From NCBI GenBank assembly GCA_965203905.1, contig CBDBDQ010000005.1, forward strand, positions 4,608,001-4,672,000: a DNA stretch of 64,000 nt. Direction: 5' to 3'. Below are positions 29,322-39,724 of the stretch, piece by piece (within the stretch, counting starts at the first letter, position 1; every line of letters begins with the position of its first letter). The notes beneath the pieces were generated by a model that worked only from the letters and a program-made list of their open reading frames with translations, was not told where the DNA came from and did not search any database. Origin of the DNA: Spirochaetia bacterium (GTDB taxonomy: Bacteria > Spirochaetota > Spirochaetia > SZUA-6 > Bin103). A program made the position numbers and the translations under genes.

Positions 29322-30899
29322 ATGTTCATCGCCTACAACAACCAACGCGTCGACAAGCCGATCGGGAGTTGCCGCCAGCTGTTTTTCGACGATGACGTGA
29401 TCGCCGCGGTCAAGAACGTCACGCGGCGCCAGCACACGCCACGAAAGCACCCCGCGAATCCGCTCGTCGAGCGCGATACGGCGTGGGAGCACACCCCTTT
29501 CTTCCGGACCAGCGCGTTCAACGTGATCCGCGATCGCGGCGCGGGCGTATTCAAGTGCTGGTACGAGGACATGTACGAAATGTTCGGTGGCGGGTTCCAG
29601 TTCGAGACCCCGCAGGGGGTGGGGAAGGTGCACCGCAACCGTATCTGCTACGCCCAATCGGCCGATGGAATCTCCTGGGAAAAGCCAGGCCTGGGGCGCT
29701 ACCTGATCGACGGTCACGACACCAATACCGTGATCTGGGAAGCGGATACGCGCATCGGATCGCCCACGGTGCTGCTGGACCAGCGCGCTGCCGATGCTAC
29801 GCAGCGCTACAAGATGCTCTATCTTCACCAGACCGCGGCAGCGAAGTCGGGACGTCATGGTGCCGGTCTGTGTCTGGCCACTTCGCCCGACGGGATTGAA
29901 TGGGAGCTCAACAAGGAGACCCCGCTGTTCCCCCATTGGGGTGGCGACGTCGAGGTGCTGACCTACGATTCCGTGGACCGGAAGTACCTGCTCTTCGGTC
30001 GCGCCCATGCCAACAAGGGGGGCAGCGTGCATCCCGGGCACGCTCACGCTGCACAGCCGTTTCCGCCGGTCTGGCCCAGCCGACCGGAAGGGATCTGGGG
30101 CACACGGCGCAACCTCTACCGGCTCGAGAGCGACGACCTCGTGCACTGGTCCGATCCCGTGCTGGTGTTCGATCCGGACCAGCGCGACAACCTTGACGAC
30201 AGCCACTACGGATTCGTGCCGTGGCGGGCCGGCGAATTGCAGTTGGGAATACTCAACGTGTTCCACCAGGTGGACAACACGATGGACATGTATCTGTTGT
30301 TCAGCCGCGATGGCCTGGCGTGGCAGCGGCTACCGCAGCATCGGCCGCTGCTGGCGCGAGGTGGAGCCGGCAGCTTCGATGAACACATGATAGAAACGCC
30401 CACGCAGCCAATCGTCGTGGGGGACGAAGTCTGGTTGTACTACGGTGGCCACAGCGTGCACCACGACTGGTGGATATGCGGCCGGCGTGAGGGGCTGGGA
30501 GTCCCCGAAGCGCACGATCCCACGCTCTCGCAAAACGGGCATCACCTGGCTCTGGCGACGCTCCGGCTGGATGGATGGGTGTCGCTGGCGACGGGGTTGC
30601 GGGAGGGCTGGATCGAGACCAAGCCGGTGTCGTCGGCCGGCTCCCATCTGTTCATCAACGGCCGCTGCCGGTCGGGAGGCTACATCGAGGTGGAGGTTAC
30701 CGATCACTGGGACAACCCGTGGCCAGGATTCTCCCGATCCGATTGCGATCGATTCACGGGTGACAGTGTGCGCCACAAGGTCACCTGGGCGGAACGCAGC
30801 CGGATCAGTGAGCTTCCGTTCGCCGTAAAGCTGCGATTCCACATGCGCGACGCCGACCTGTATTCGTTCCAGATCGCCGATACGCCGACACCCGACTAG
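29322..30899 (+). CDS. Uncharacterised five-bladed beta-propeller glycoside-hydrolase-like protein
   Basis: RQLFFDD, SADGISW, SPDGIEW, SRDGLAW, YYGGHSVHHDWW, LRLDGWVSL. Confidence 0.78.
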   Translation: MFIAYNNQRVDKPIGSCRQLFFDDDVIAAVKNVTRRQHTPRKHPANPLVERDTAWEHTPFFRTSAFNVIRDRGAGVFKCWYEDMYEMFGGGFQFETPQGVGKVHRNRICYAQSADGISWEKPGLGRYLIDGHDTNTVIWEADTRIGSPTVLLDQRAADATQRYKMLYLHQTAAAKSGRHGAGLCLATSPDGIEWELNKETPLFPHWGGDVEVLTYDSVDRKYLLFGRAHANKGGSVHPGHAHAAQPFPPVWPSRPEGIWGTRRNLYRLESDDLVHWSDPVLVFDPDQRDNLDDSHYGFVPWRAGELQLGILNVFHQVDNTMDMYLLFSRDGLAWQRLPQHRPLLARGGAGSFDEHMIETPTQPIVVGDEVWLYYGGHSVHHDWWICGRREGLGVPEAHDPTLSQNGHHLALATLRLDGWVSLATGLREGWIETKPVSSAGSHLFINGRCRSGGYIEVEVTDHWDNPWPGFSRSDCDRFTGDSVRHKVTWAERSRISELPFAVKLRFHMRDADLYSFQIADTPTPD

Positions 30900-30988
30900 T
30901 GCGCAAGGCCACTCCGTGCCGCCAGAGACCATGAAAACCGGTGCACTTGGATGGTATGCTGGACAGGTTTCGGACTAGGGCGGACTGA

Positions 30989-31978
30989 ATGCTGAGCTAC
31001 ATCCTGACCAGGGTCGTCTCCATGCTGATCAGCCTGGTGGCCGTGTCGATCATCGCGTTTCTGATCATTCAGCTTCCGCCGGGAGACTTCATCGACTACC
31101 TGGAGACCCGCAGCATCGGCACTGAGCCGCAGTTCGTCTCGGAGGAGGAGGTGGAGGCCCTGCGCGCGCACTACGGCCTGGACCGTCCCATCTACGTCCA
31201 GTACTTGAAGTGGGCCTCGAGAATCGTATTCTACGGCGATTTCGGCATGGCCTTTCTGTGGAATCAGCCGGTGACTCACCTCATCAGGGAGCGCTTGCCC
31301 TTCACCATGATCGTCGCTGTCAGCACGCTGTTGTTCGCGTATGTCGTGGCGATTCCCATCGGCGTCTATTCCGCTACCCATCAGTACTCCATCGGCGACT
31401 ATACCGCCACGGTATTCGGCTTCATCGGACTCGCCATCCCCAACTTCCTGCTGGCTCTTATTCTGATCGTGCTGATGTTCCGTATCTTCGGCATCAATCC
31501 ATCAGGTCTGTTCTCTCCTGAGATGGAGGATGCAGCGTGGTCGCTGGCCAAGGTGGTGGACATGATCAACCACCTCTGGATACCGATGATCGTGATTGGA
31601 ACGGCGGGAACCGCGGCCATCATACGGGTGCTGCGCGGCGTACTGCTGGACGAGCTGGGCAAACAGTACGTGGTCACCGCACGCGCCAAGGGCATGGCTG
31701 AACGGGCCCTGGTGTTCAAGTACCCGGTCCGGGTAGCGCTCAACCCGATTGTCAGCACGATTGGCTGGCGGCTGCCGCAAATCGTTTCGGGCACTACGAT
31801 TACGGCCGTGGTGCTGAATCTGCCGACGCTCGGTCCGATGCTGCTGGTGGCGCTCGAGAGCCAGGACATGTTTCTGGCCGGCGCGATCATCCTGCTGCTG
31901 ACGATCCTGGTGCTGGTCGGAACCTTCGTTTCCGACATCATGCTGGCGGCGCTCGATCCGCGCATTCGGCTGACATGA
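30989..31978 (+). CDS. ABC transporter permease (OppB/DppB-like)
   Basis: LPPGDF, YGLDRP, YVVTARAKG, DPRIR. Confidence 0.93.
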   Translation: MLSYILTRVVSMLISLVAVSIIAFLIIQLPPGDFIDYLETRSIGTEPQFVSEEEVEALRAHYGLDRPIYVQYLKWASRIVFYGDFGMAFLWNQPVTHLIRERLPFTMIVAVSTLLFAYVVAIPIGVYSATHQYSIGDYTATVFGFIGLAIPNFLLALILIVLMFRIFGINPSGLFSPEMEDAAWSLAKVVDMINHLWIPMIVIGTAGTAAIIRVLRGVLLDELGKQYVVTARAKGMAERALVFKYPVRVALNPIVSTIGWRLPQIVSGTTITAVVLNLPTLGPMLLVALESQDMFLAGAIILLLTILVLVGTFVSDIMLAALDPRIRLT

Positions 31979-33090
31979 CGGAGCCGCGTCCTGCGTCTGA
32001 CACGTCTCGCGACGAAAGCGCGTACCTGGCATCCCAGTGGCAGCTCGTGTGGCGGAAGTTCCGCCGCCACCGGCTGGCTCTGGTGGGGGGCACGTTCCTC
32101 GCCGTGCTCTACGCGCTGGCCTTGTTCGGCGACTTCGTGGCTCCCTATCCGATCGCCGAGCGCCACGCCGACCAGGCCAACCATCCGTTGCAGCGGGTGC
32201 GCTTCTTCGATCAGGGCACGCTGCGCCTGCGGCCCTTCGTATACGCGACGACGCCGGGTCTCGACACGGAGACGTTTCTGCGGGCCTATCCCATCCAGAA
32301 GGAGCGGCGCTACCCGTTGCATTTCTTCGTGCGCGGCTGGTCCTACAAGATCCTCGGCCTGATTCCATCGAACCGCCACCTGTTCGGCGTGCAGGAGGGA
32401 CATGTCTACCTGTTCGGGACCGACTCCCTGGGGCGGGACCTGCTCTCTCGTACGGTGCATGCAGCCAGAATCTCGCTGACGATCGGTCTCGCGGGAGTGG
32501 GCATCAGTCTCCTCCTCGGCATCGTGCTGGGCGGGATTTCCGGCTACTACGGCGGGCGCGTCGACCTGTTCATCCAGCGCCTGATCGAGATCCTGCTGTC
32601 AATCCCGACCATTCCGCTGTGGATGGGCCTGAGCGCCGCTCTGCCCGCCGACTGGCCCCCCGCACGGGTCTACTTCGGCGTCGTCGTGATCGTGTCGGTG
32701 ATTGGCTGGACCGGGATCGCACGCATCGTGCGCGGCAGGTTCCTCCAGCTTCGGGAAGAGGACTTCGTGATGGCGGCAAAGGTAACGGGATGCTCCGATT
32801 CGCGGATCATCTTCGCGCACCTGGTGCCGGCGTTCGCCAGTTACATCATCGTGCGCGCGACGCTCGCCGTGCCGGCCATGATTCTCGGTGAGACCGCGCT
32901 CAGCTTTCTCGGGCTGGGGCTGCGCGAGCCGGTGGTGAGCTGGGGTACGCTGCTGCGGGACGCGCAGCACGTGAGGACCATATTCCTGTACCCTTGGCTG
33001 CTGATTCCGGCGTTGTTCGTGGTCGTCACCGTGCTGGCGTTCAACTTTGTCGGTGACGGCCTGCGGGACGCGGCCGATCCTTACAAGTGA
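31975..33090 (+). CDS. ABC transporter permease (OppC/DppC-like)
   Basis: ASQWQLVWRKFRRHR, FGTDSLGRD, ETALSFLGLG, GDGLRDAADPYK. Confidence 0.93.
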   Translation: MTEPRPASDTSRDESAYLASQWQLVWRKFRRHRLALVGGTFLAVLYALALFGDFVAPYPIAERHADQANHPLQRVRFFDQGTLRLRPFVYATTPGLDTETFLRAYPIQKERRYPLHFFVRGWSYKILGLIPSNRHLFGVQEGHVYLFGTDSLGRDLLSRTVHAARISLTIGLAGVGISLLLGIVLGGISGYYGGRVDLFIQRLIEILLSIPTIPLWMGLSAALPADWPPARVYFGVVVIVSVIGWTGIARIVRGRFLQLREEDFVMAAKVTGCSDSRIIFAHLVPAFASYIIVRATLAVPAMILGETALSFLGLGLREPVVSWGTLLRDAQHVRTIFLYPWLLIPALFVVVTVLAFNFVGDGLRDAADPYK

Positions 33091-33131
33091 CCGCCGTGAC
33101 CCGGCTGCGGGATCACACTCGGGAGCGAACG

Positions 33132-33977
33132 ATGATTGTCGATACTCACGTGCACGTGTGGGAGATGCCGCCGGTGGCGCCGGTCGGGCCGACCGCGCCG
33201 AGCTTTACCGCCTTGCCCGCCGCGGCGGCGCCGGTGGAGCTGCTGCTCGACGACATGGACGCCAACGGCGTGGACGCGGCGGTGCTGGTGCAGACGAGCT
33301 GGTCGACCTGGGACAACACCTACGTGGCGCAGGCGGCCGCGGCCGGCAGCCGCCTGTGCTCGATCGGGCTGATCGATCCGTTGGACGCGGGCAACGCGCA
33401 GCGGGTGGCGACGTGGATGGATCGGTTCGCCATGCGCGGGTTCCGCTTCCATCCCGACTACTATCCGCAGGTGGAGGTCCTCACGCTGCCCCACAACGGC
33501 GCGCTGTTCGAGGAGATCGAGGCTCGCACCGGCATCGTGAAGGTGCACAACCGGGCGCCAAACGCACCGCAACTCGATGCCGTGGCCGGTCGCTACCCGG
33601 GCATCACCTGGATCATCGATCACCTGATGTACCCGGAGCCGGCGATGGCCGCGACCGACTGGCGCGACTACGCCCCGGTCCTGGCCCTGGCGCGCCACCC
33701 GAACGTCAGGCTCACGATCTCCGACATCCACAGCCGCTCGGATGCGGCGTTCCCGTATCGTGACATGCACGACGTGGTGCGGCGGGCGATCGACGCGTTC
33801 GGGATCGAGCGCTGCCTGTGGGGTACCGGCTACCCCGGCTACCACCGCGAGCGGCACGGCTGGCCCTCCCTGGCCGACGAGCTGCGCCTGGTGCGGGAAG
33901 GATTCGACTGGCTGACCGCGGGTGAACGCGAATTGCTGCTCGGAGAGAACGCCCGCAGGCTGTTCGGATTCGGCTGA
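33132..33977 (+). CDS. Amidohydrolase family protein
   Basis: IVDTHVHVW, IIDHL, RCLWGTGYP, LLGENARRLF. Confidence 0.88.
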   Translation: MIVDTHVHVWEMPPVAPVGPTAPSFTALPAAAAPVELLLDDMDANGVDAAVLVQTSWSTWDNTYVAQAAAAGSRLCSIGLIDPLDAGNAQRVATWMDRFAMRGFRFHPDYYPQVEVLTLPHNGALFEEIEARTGIVKVHNRAPNAPQLDAVAGRYPGITWIIDHLMYPEPAMAATDWRDYAPVLALARHPNVRLTISDIHSRSDAAFPYRDMHDVVRRAIDAFGIERCLWGTGYPGYHRERHGWPSLADELRLVREGFDWLTAGERELLLGENARRLFGFG

Positions 33978-34015
33978 GCGCACCGCCCCGACGGTGCTTT
34001 GCTGCTGCACTCCGG

Positions 34016-34044
34016 TTGACAGCGCACGGACCGCCGCCCATGCT
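34016..34044 (+). promoter_or_regulatory. Sigma70-type promoter of the GMC oxidoreductase gene
   Basis: TTGACA (34016-21), 17 nt spacer, CATGCT (34039-44). Confidence 0.6.
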
Positions 34045-34056
34045 CGCGGAGAGCCG

Positions 34057-35622
34057 ATGGGCGGGGCGCACTTCGATACGATCATCGTCGGCGCCGGGGC
34101 CGCGGGTGCGGTGCTGGCGGCGCGGCTGTCCGAGGATCCGGCGCGACGGGTGCTGCTGCTCGAGGCCGGTCCCGACTTCCCCGACGGGCGTTTGCCGGAG
34201 GAGATCCGCTACGGCTTCGGCCGCCACCGGGACCTGTGGGCGCTCGCGTTCGGCTACGACACCGCCTACGGCTGGGACTACCGCGCCCGCGCCACCCGCT
34301 ACCAGCCGCGCATGTTCGTGCCGCGCGGCAAGGTGGTGGGCGGCTCCAGCGCCATCAACGCGCAGATCTTCCTGCGCGGGGTGCCGGAGGACTACGACGC
34401 GTGGGCCGCCGCCGGCTGCCCCAAGTGGAGCTTCGCCGAGCTGCTGCCCAGCCTGCGTCGGGTCGAGGCCGATCCCGGCTTCTCCGACTCCTTTCACGGC
34501 GCGTCCGGTCCGATCCCCGTGCGCCGCTTCGGCCGCCGCGAGCTGCAGCCGGAGCAGCGGGCGTTTCTGGAGGCATGTCTCGATGCCGGCTTCGCCGAGT
34601 GCGCCGACCACAACGCTCCCGACTCCACCGGTGTCGGCCCGCTGCCGTTCAACCACACCGCCGCCGGCGTACGCTGGAGCGCCGCCATGGGCTACCTGGA
34701 CCCCGCCCGCGGGCGCCGCAACCTGACCATCCGGCCGTGCCGTCACGCCGAGCGGCTGCTGCTGGAGCGCGGCCGCGCCACCGGCGTCGCGCTACGTGGC
34801 CCGGACGGCCCCGAGGCGGTGCACGGCGCTGAGCTGCTGCTGTGCTGCGGGGCGATCGGGACGCCCCACCTGCTGCTGCGCTCCGGCATCGGGCCCGCCG
34901 ACCACCTGCGGGAGGTGGGCGTGCCGGTGGTGCACGACCGGCCCGGCGTCGGCGCCAACCTGCGCGACCACCCGCAGGCCGCGGTGGTGGTGCGCGCGGC
35001 GGATGGGTTCCGGCAGTCGGGAACGGAACCGCGGCTGCAGATCGGGCTGCGCTATACCGCGGCCGGGTCTTCACTGCGCAATGACATGATCATATTGCTG
35101 ATCGGGTTCGCCACCGCCGAGGGCCACTACCGCGCGGGCCTGGCACCGCTCGGCTTCACCGTGGTGCCCGCGCTGTATCTCGCCGCCGGCGCCGGCAGTG
35201 TTCGCCTGCGTTCGCCGGCAGCCGACTCACCACCGCTGCTGGACTACCACTACCTGGCCGAGGCGAGCGACCGGGAACGGATGCGGGAGTCGATACGCAT
35301 CGCCGCGGATCTGCTGCGGCACCGCAGCTTCCGCCCGCTGGTGGCGCAGCGGATCAGTCCCACCGACGCCGAACTGGGCGCCGACGCTGCCCTCGACGAG
35401 TGGCTGCTGCGGGTCGTGCAGACCAGCCACCACGTATCGTCGACCTGCCGCATGGGCACCTCCGACGACCCGGCGAGCGTCGTGGATCAGGAGGGGAGGG
35501 TGCACGGCGTCGACGGCCTGCGGGTCGCCGACGCCTCCATCATGCCGGACTGCGTGCGCGCCAACACCAACTGCACGTCCATGGCCATCGGCGAGCGGAT
35601 CGCCGAATTCATGCGTCGCTGA
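34057..35622 (+). CDS. GMC family oxidoreductase (choline dehydrogenase/MftG-like)
   Basis: IVGAGAAG, LLLEAG, RGKVVGGSSAIN, VGANLRDHP, HVSSTCRMG, LRVADASIMP…ANTN. Confidence 0.93.
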   Translation: MGGAHFDTIIVGAGAAGAVLAARLSEDPARRVLLLEAGPDFPDGRLPEEIRYGFGRHRDLWALAFGYDTAYGWDYRARATRYQPRMFVPRGKVVGGSSAINAQIFLRGVPEDYDAWAAAGCPKWSFAELLPSLRRVEADPGFSDSFHGASGPIPVRRFGRRELQPEQRAFLEACLDAGFAECADHNAPDSTGVGPLPFNHTAAGVRWSAAMGYLDPARGRRNLTIRPCRHAERLLLERGRATGVALRGPDGPEAVHGAELLLCCGAIGTPHLLLRSGIGPADHLREVGVPVVHDRPGVGANLRDHPQAAVVVRAADGFRQSGTEPRLQIGLRYTAAGSSLRNDMIILLIGFATAEGHYRAGLAPLGFTVVPALYLAAGAGSVRLRSPAADSPPLLDYHYLAEASDRERMRESIRIAADLLRHRSFRPLVAQRISPTDAELGADAALDEWLLRVVQTSHHVSSTCRMGTSDDPASVVDQEGRVHGVDGLRVADASIMPDCVRANTNCTSMAIGERIAEFMRR

Positions 35623-35626
35623 GTGG

Positions 35627-36217
35627 GTGCGGCTTCTCGTCAGCGTGCCGCTGGTCCTGCTGCTGGCCGCATGCGCCACCTCCGCGGATCCGCCGCACGA
35701 CTCGGCGGCGCATGCGCCATGCGTCGCCCAACGGGGGCCGTTGCGGGCTGACGCTACCCTGGAGGGGGCGGCGGGCAGCTATCTGCTGACGCTGGTCGCT
35801 CCCACCGCAAACGGTGGCCAGGTCAGCGTCTCCGGGGCTCTCCACCTGGAGCCGAACCAGCCGGCCCTGCGCGTGTTTGGCGAGGGCGTGAGCACGCCCC
35901 TGTACGGCTGGGTGGAGATCGAGCTGCAGGCGGTGGGAGCCGTGGAGGTCGGCGCTGCGGGATCGCGCGATCCGCTGCGCCCGGGCGTGCTGGTGCTGGA
36001 ACAGCGGCGGGACGCCGCGGTGGCACCGCAGATCACGCTGCGCCTGGGATCCCTCGCCAACCTGCGCACCGAGCGCGGCGCCTTCGACGGCGGCTACCTC
36101 GCGCTGCACGTGGAGCACCTGGAGCCGGACAGCTTTGGCGGCGGCTGGGTGAGCGGCATTCACGCAACCCGCGTCGCGGGGCACTTCTGTGCGACGCGGG
36201 TTGCCCAACGTACCTGA
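35627..36217 (+). CDS. Hypothetical lipoprotein
   Basis: GTG start 4 nt after the GMC stop; signal peptide with lipobox LLAAC. Confidence 0.65.
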   Translation: MRLLVSVPLVLLLAACATSADPPHDSAAHAPCVAQRGPLRADATLEGAAGSYLLTLVAPTANGGQVSVSGALHLEPNQPALRVFGEGVSTPLYGWVEIELQAVGAVEVGAAGSRDPLRPGVLVLEQRRDAAVAPQITLRLGSLANLRTERGAFDGGYLALHVEHLEPDSFGGGWVSGIHATRVAGHFCATRVAQRT

Positions 36218-36228
36218 CGGCGCGCCGG

Positions 36229-37863
36229 CTACTCGGCTCCGGTGGTGGGGACGAAGCTTGCCCAGTAGGGCTCCGGGTCCACCCGGGCGTCGATCAGCGT
36301 GGCGGTGTCCGCCTGCAACGCCTGCCGCAGGGCGTTCCGGAACTCGTCCGGATCCGAGACCGTGACGCCCTGCAGCCCGCAGGCGCGCGCTACCTGGGCG
36401 TAGTCCACCGGCTGCAGGTCCAGCGAGTAGGCGGGAAAGCCGCGTGCCCGCTGCCGCGCGCGGATGGTGCCGTAGGCCTGGTCGTTGACGATTACCAGCG
36501 GCACCGCGGCACCGGTACGGGCAAATGCCTCCAGCTCGCCGAGCCGCATGAGGGCGCTGCCGTCACCCCCCAGGCCTACCATCGCGCGCTGGGGGCGCGC
36601 CAGCTTGGCCCCCAGAATGGCGGGCAGCATGAGCCCCATGGTGCGTCCGCCGGCCGAGCCGAAGAAGGTGTCCGGCCGATACACCGGCCACAGGTACTCA
36701 AGCATCAGTACGAAGGCTGCGGATTCGGAGAACAGCATGCCGTCACGGGGCAGCGCGCCGCGGATGCCGTCGATGATGTCCTGCACCGCGAACCGGGCAT
36801 CGCCGGGGCGGGCGAAGCGGTCGCCCGCCCCGGCCTGCAGCCGGTGGATGGCGGCCACCGGAAAGCCATCGTCCACGCGCTCCCTCGCCGCCGCCGCCAG
36901 GGCCGCCAGCGTAGCGCCCAGCGCTCCGTCCACGCGCGCCCGCGGCAACGGCGACAGGGTCTGGTAGGCACGGTCCGCGACCAGCTCCACGGTGGGCAGC
37001 TGCGCCTGCCACGGCGCCTCCGCGGCCAGCGGATCCACGCCTGCCAGGATCACGCCGTCGGCCTCCGCCAGCACCCGGTTGGCGAGCACCGCGGGCGGCG
37101 GCAGACAGGCGAACACCCCGGCGAAGCGGGGATGGTCCTCCGCCAGCACGCCGCGGGCATCGATCGCCACCAGCACCGCCGCACCGATCCGCTCCGCCAG
37201 CCGCTCCAGCTCATCCTGCGCACCGGCGCGCAGCAGGTCGGCGCCGGCTATGATCACCGGCCGCCGCATCGCGGCAACGACGGCCGCCGCGGCGGCCACG
37301 GCCGGCGCATCGGTCGCAGCGGGTGGAGCGCCGGCGGCTTCCGGCGCGGCCGGCGCAGCGGCCCCCGCCTCCGCGCCCCCCAGGTCGCCGGGCAGATCCA
37401 GCAACACCGGGCCCGGACGCCCCGCCGCCGCGCGGTCGAAGGCGGCGTCGATGGTGGTGCCGGCACCCGCCGGCAGCAGTCTCGCCACCTGCTTCGCGGC
37501 CGTTTGGAACAGACCGGGCTGGTCGATCCGCTGCCCCATCTCCGCCGGCAGGAACGCCTCCGGCAGCGCCTCGGTAATGCATACTACCGGCTTGCGTTCG
37601 AAGTAGGCGTTTACCGCACCGCCCACCAGGTTGCCGGCCCCCGGGCCCTTGATCGCCAGGGCCAGACCCGCGCAGCCGCGCAGGTGTCCGTAGTAGGCGG
37701 CCGCGATTGCCGCCGAGGCCTCGTTGGCCGTGGACACGAACTCCACGCCCCGCCGCCGCCCGGCATCGATCAGGTCCATCAGCGCACCGCTGCCCGGTAC
37801 TCCGAAGCAGTGCCGCGCACCGCGCCTCCAGGCCGCCTCGATAAGCGCCTCGGGAATGGTCAT
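36229..37863 (-). CDS. Thiamine-diphosphate-dependent enzyme (acetolactate synthase-like)
   Basis: FGVPGS, ANEASAA, GPGAGN, RPGPVLLDLP, ThDP motif GDGS…NDQAYG. Confidence 0.92.
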   Translation of the reverse strand: MTIPEALIEAAWRRGARHCFGVPGSGALMDLIDAGRRRGVEFVSTANEASAAIAAAYYGHLRGCAGLALAIKGPGAGNLVGGAVNAYFERKPVVCITEALPEAFLPAEMGQRIDQPGLFQTAAKQVARLLPAGAGTTIDAAFDRAAAGRPGPVLLDLPGDLGGAEAGAAAPAAPEAAGAPPAATDAPAVAAAAAVVAAMRRPVIIAGADLLRAGAQDELERLAERIGAAVLVAIDARGVLAEDHPRFAGVFACLPPPAVLANRVLAEADGVILAGVDPLAAEAPWQAQLPTVELVADRAYQTLSPLPRARVDGALGATLAALAAAARERVDDGFPVAAIHRLQAGAGDRFARPGDARFAVQDIIDGIRGALPRDGMLFSESAAFVLMLEYLWPVYRPDTFFGSAGGRTMGLMLPAILGAKLARPQRAMVGLGGDGSALMRLGELEAFARTGAAVPLVIVNDQAYGTIRARQRARGFPAYSLDLQPVDYAQVARACGLQGVTVSDPDEFRNALRQALQADTATLIDARVDPEPYWASFVPTTGAE

Positions 37864-37930
37864 GGCTGTCCTCCGCCGGTGACTGTGCCGCCGTCCCTGT
37901 GCGGCCCCGGGCCGACGGTGCGTCCCGGGA

Positions 37931-38794
37931 TCACCACGTTACGTCCATCATATCGCGGCCCCAGTACAAGGGTCCCGAATACCTGCTCTTCACCTCGGCG
38001 ATCGCCTGGCTGGTCTCTTCGGGTGGATCGAGGCTCGCCGCCTGGTGGTTGATCACCAGACGCCTGGCGCCGGCCGCGGCCGCCATGCGCCCCGCACCCA
38101 GGGTGCCGCTCTCGGAATTCTCGGTGTCGTATTCGCTCAACCGCTCCTCCCGATGGACCGCTTCCATGACGAACAGGTCAGCACCACGCGCCAATGCCAC
38201 CACCGCCTCCGTGGGTGCGGTGTCGCCGCTGAAGGCGACCACGCCTTGTGCGGTCTCGAAGCGGAAGCCGTAGCACGCAAGATAGGGCTGGGCGTGTTTC
38301 ACCTGGCGTGCGATGCAGGTCCAGTCGGGGCCGGTGGCCACCACTCCGTCGGCATATTCGTGTACCTCGACGACCGGCGCCGGGCGCGGGCCGCGTCCGC
38401 CCCGTGAGCGGTAAGCCGCGAGGCTCATCGGGTGGTTGGTGCGCGCCACCACGTCGTACCAGAACACACCCCGTTCGGGGCTCCAGATGCCCTCCGTGAT
38501 GTCGCGAATCGGTGGTGGTCCATACACCTGCAGATCGCCTTCGCCGCCGCTGGCCTGGTCGAACCGCGTCATCAGGAAGCAGGGATAGTCGGAGACGTGG
38601 TCGGAGTGCAGGTGGGTGAAGAACAGGTGGCGGATGGAAATGCACGGAGTACCCATGCGCTGCATCTTGTAGGTCGATGCCGGACCACAGTCGATCATCA
38701 GCCGCTCACCGCAGATCTCCAGTACGAAACAGGTCCCCCACCGGTTCGGGGTGGGAGTGGGCGTGCCGGCGCCGACGATACGCAGACGAGGCAT
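37931..38794 (-). CDS. MBL-fold metallo-hydrolase (RNase Z/arylsulfatase-like)
   Basis: IDCG, FTHLHSDH, FSGDT. Start ATG 38794. Confidence 0.88.
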   Translation of the reverse strand: MPRLRIVGAGTPTPTPNRWGTCFVLEICGERLMIDCGPASTYKMQRMGTPCISIRHLFFTHLHSDHVSDYPCFLMTRFDQASGGEGDLQVYGPPPIRDITEGIWSPERGVFWYDVVARTNHPMSLAAYRSRGGRGPRPAPVVEVHEYADGVVATGPDWTCIARQVKHAQPYLACYGFRFETAQGVVAFSGDTAPTEAVVALARGADLFVMEAVHREERLSEYDTENSESGTLGAGRMAAAAGARRLVINHQAASLDPPEETSQAIAEVKSRYSGPLYWGRDMMDVTW

Positions 38795-38851
38795 GACAGT
38801 GCCGGGAGGGTAGCGTGGCGGCGCATCGGCCACAAGGTGCCAGGGATCAGG

Positions 38852-39586
38852 TCAACGGGTCACTTGAAAGAAGCGATCGTGCACCCCCTGCACCAGTTGC
38901 CGCTCGTCCTCTCCGATGCGGCGCCGCACGCGGTGGGAGCTGTCGGCGAACGAACCGATGCAGGCTGCCAGGTGCTGCGGCGTCATCTGCGTACTGCGGT
39001 CCGGGCTGTCGTAGCCGAAGAACACGTACACGCTGATCGACAGATCCTCGCCGCCCGGACCGCTGATGCGCGGATGCCAGGGGTGGCGGGTGCCGGTGGC
39101 AATCACTTCCCGGTCGTCCAGCAGGCATCTGAACAACACGTGCCGTCCCTCCACCCGATCCACCAGCAGGAAGGTCTGGTCGCGGAAGTAGAGCACCTGC
39201 ACCGGAAACTGGTCCCCCCGCACCGGCAGGATATCGAGCGGCGTGCCCAGCTCCTCGTTGCGCTGCAGCGCCAGCCGGAACTGCTCGTCGGTCTTGCGCG
39301 CGGCCGGATCGCGCCAGGAGTGCAGCAGCCCGCGCAGCGCGCGCCAGTTCATAGGACGGTCGGGATCGGGCGGCGGCTGCGGGTCGCGCAGGAACTCGTC
39401 GAAGCGCCGCACCATGGCGTCGCCCTCGTCGACGTGAACGGCGTAGTCCAGGCGCCGCTCGGCGCGTTGGGCGCGGGTGACGGGGCGCCAGCTGTCCGAC
39501 TCGCACGCGGCCAGCGCCGCCAGGAACACCGCCAGGAGAGCCGCGCCGATGGGCGCCCGCAGTTTGCTGTGGCGTTTCCCGAGCAC
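38852..39586 (-). CDS. Hypothetical lipoprotein (start uncertain)
   Basis: Hydrophobic AALLAVFLAALAAC lipobox followed by ~220 aa of natural-looking globular sequence. The upstream part of the track ORF is shadow of 39725-40507. Confidence 0.6.
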   Translation of the reverse strand: MLGKRHSKLRAPIGAALLAVFLAALAACESDSWRPVTRAQRAERRLDYAVHVDEGDAMVRRFDEFLRDPQPPPDPDRPMNWRALRGLLHSWRDPAARKTDEQFRLALQRNEELGTPLDILPVRGDQFPVQVLYFRDQTFLLVDRVEGRHVLFRCLLDDREVIATGTRHPWHPRISGPGGEDLSISVYVFFGYDSPDRSTQMTPQHLAACIGSFADSSHRVRRRIGEDERQLVQGVHDRFFQVTR

Positions 39587-39724
39587 GAACCAATGGTGCC
39601 AACTTGGCCCACGTCTCGGCAAGTTGGCGGCGAACCTGCCGTTGCAACGGTCCGCGAACGAGACGCTGGGGCGGCAACCCCGGTACACTCGCGCGCGTGA
39701 TGCAGGCTGTCGCGAGGAGGATGC

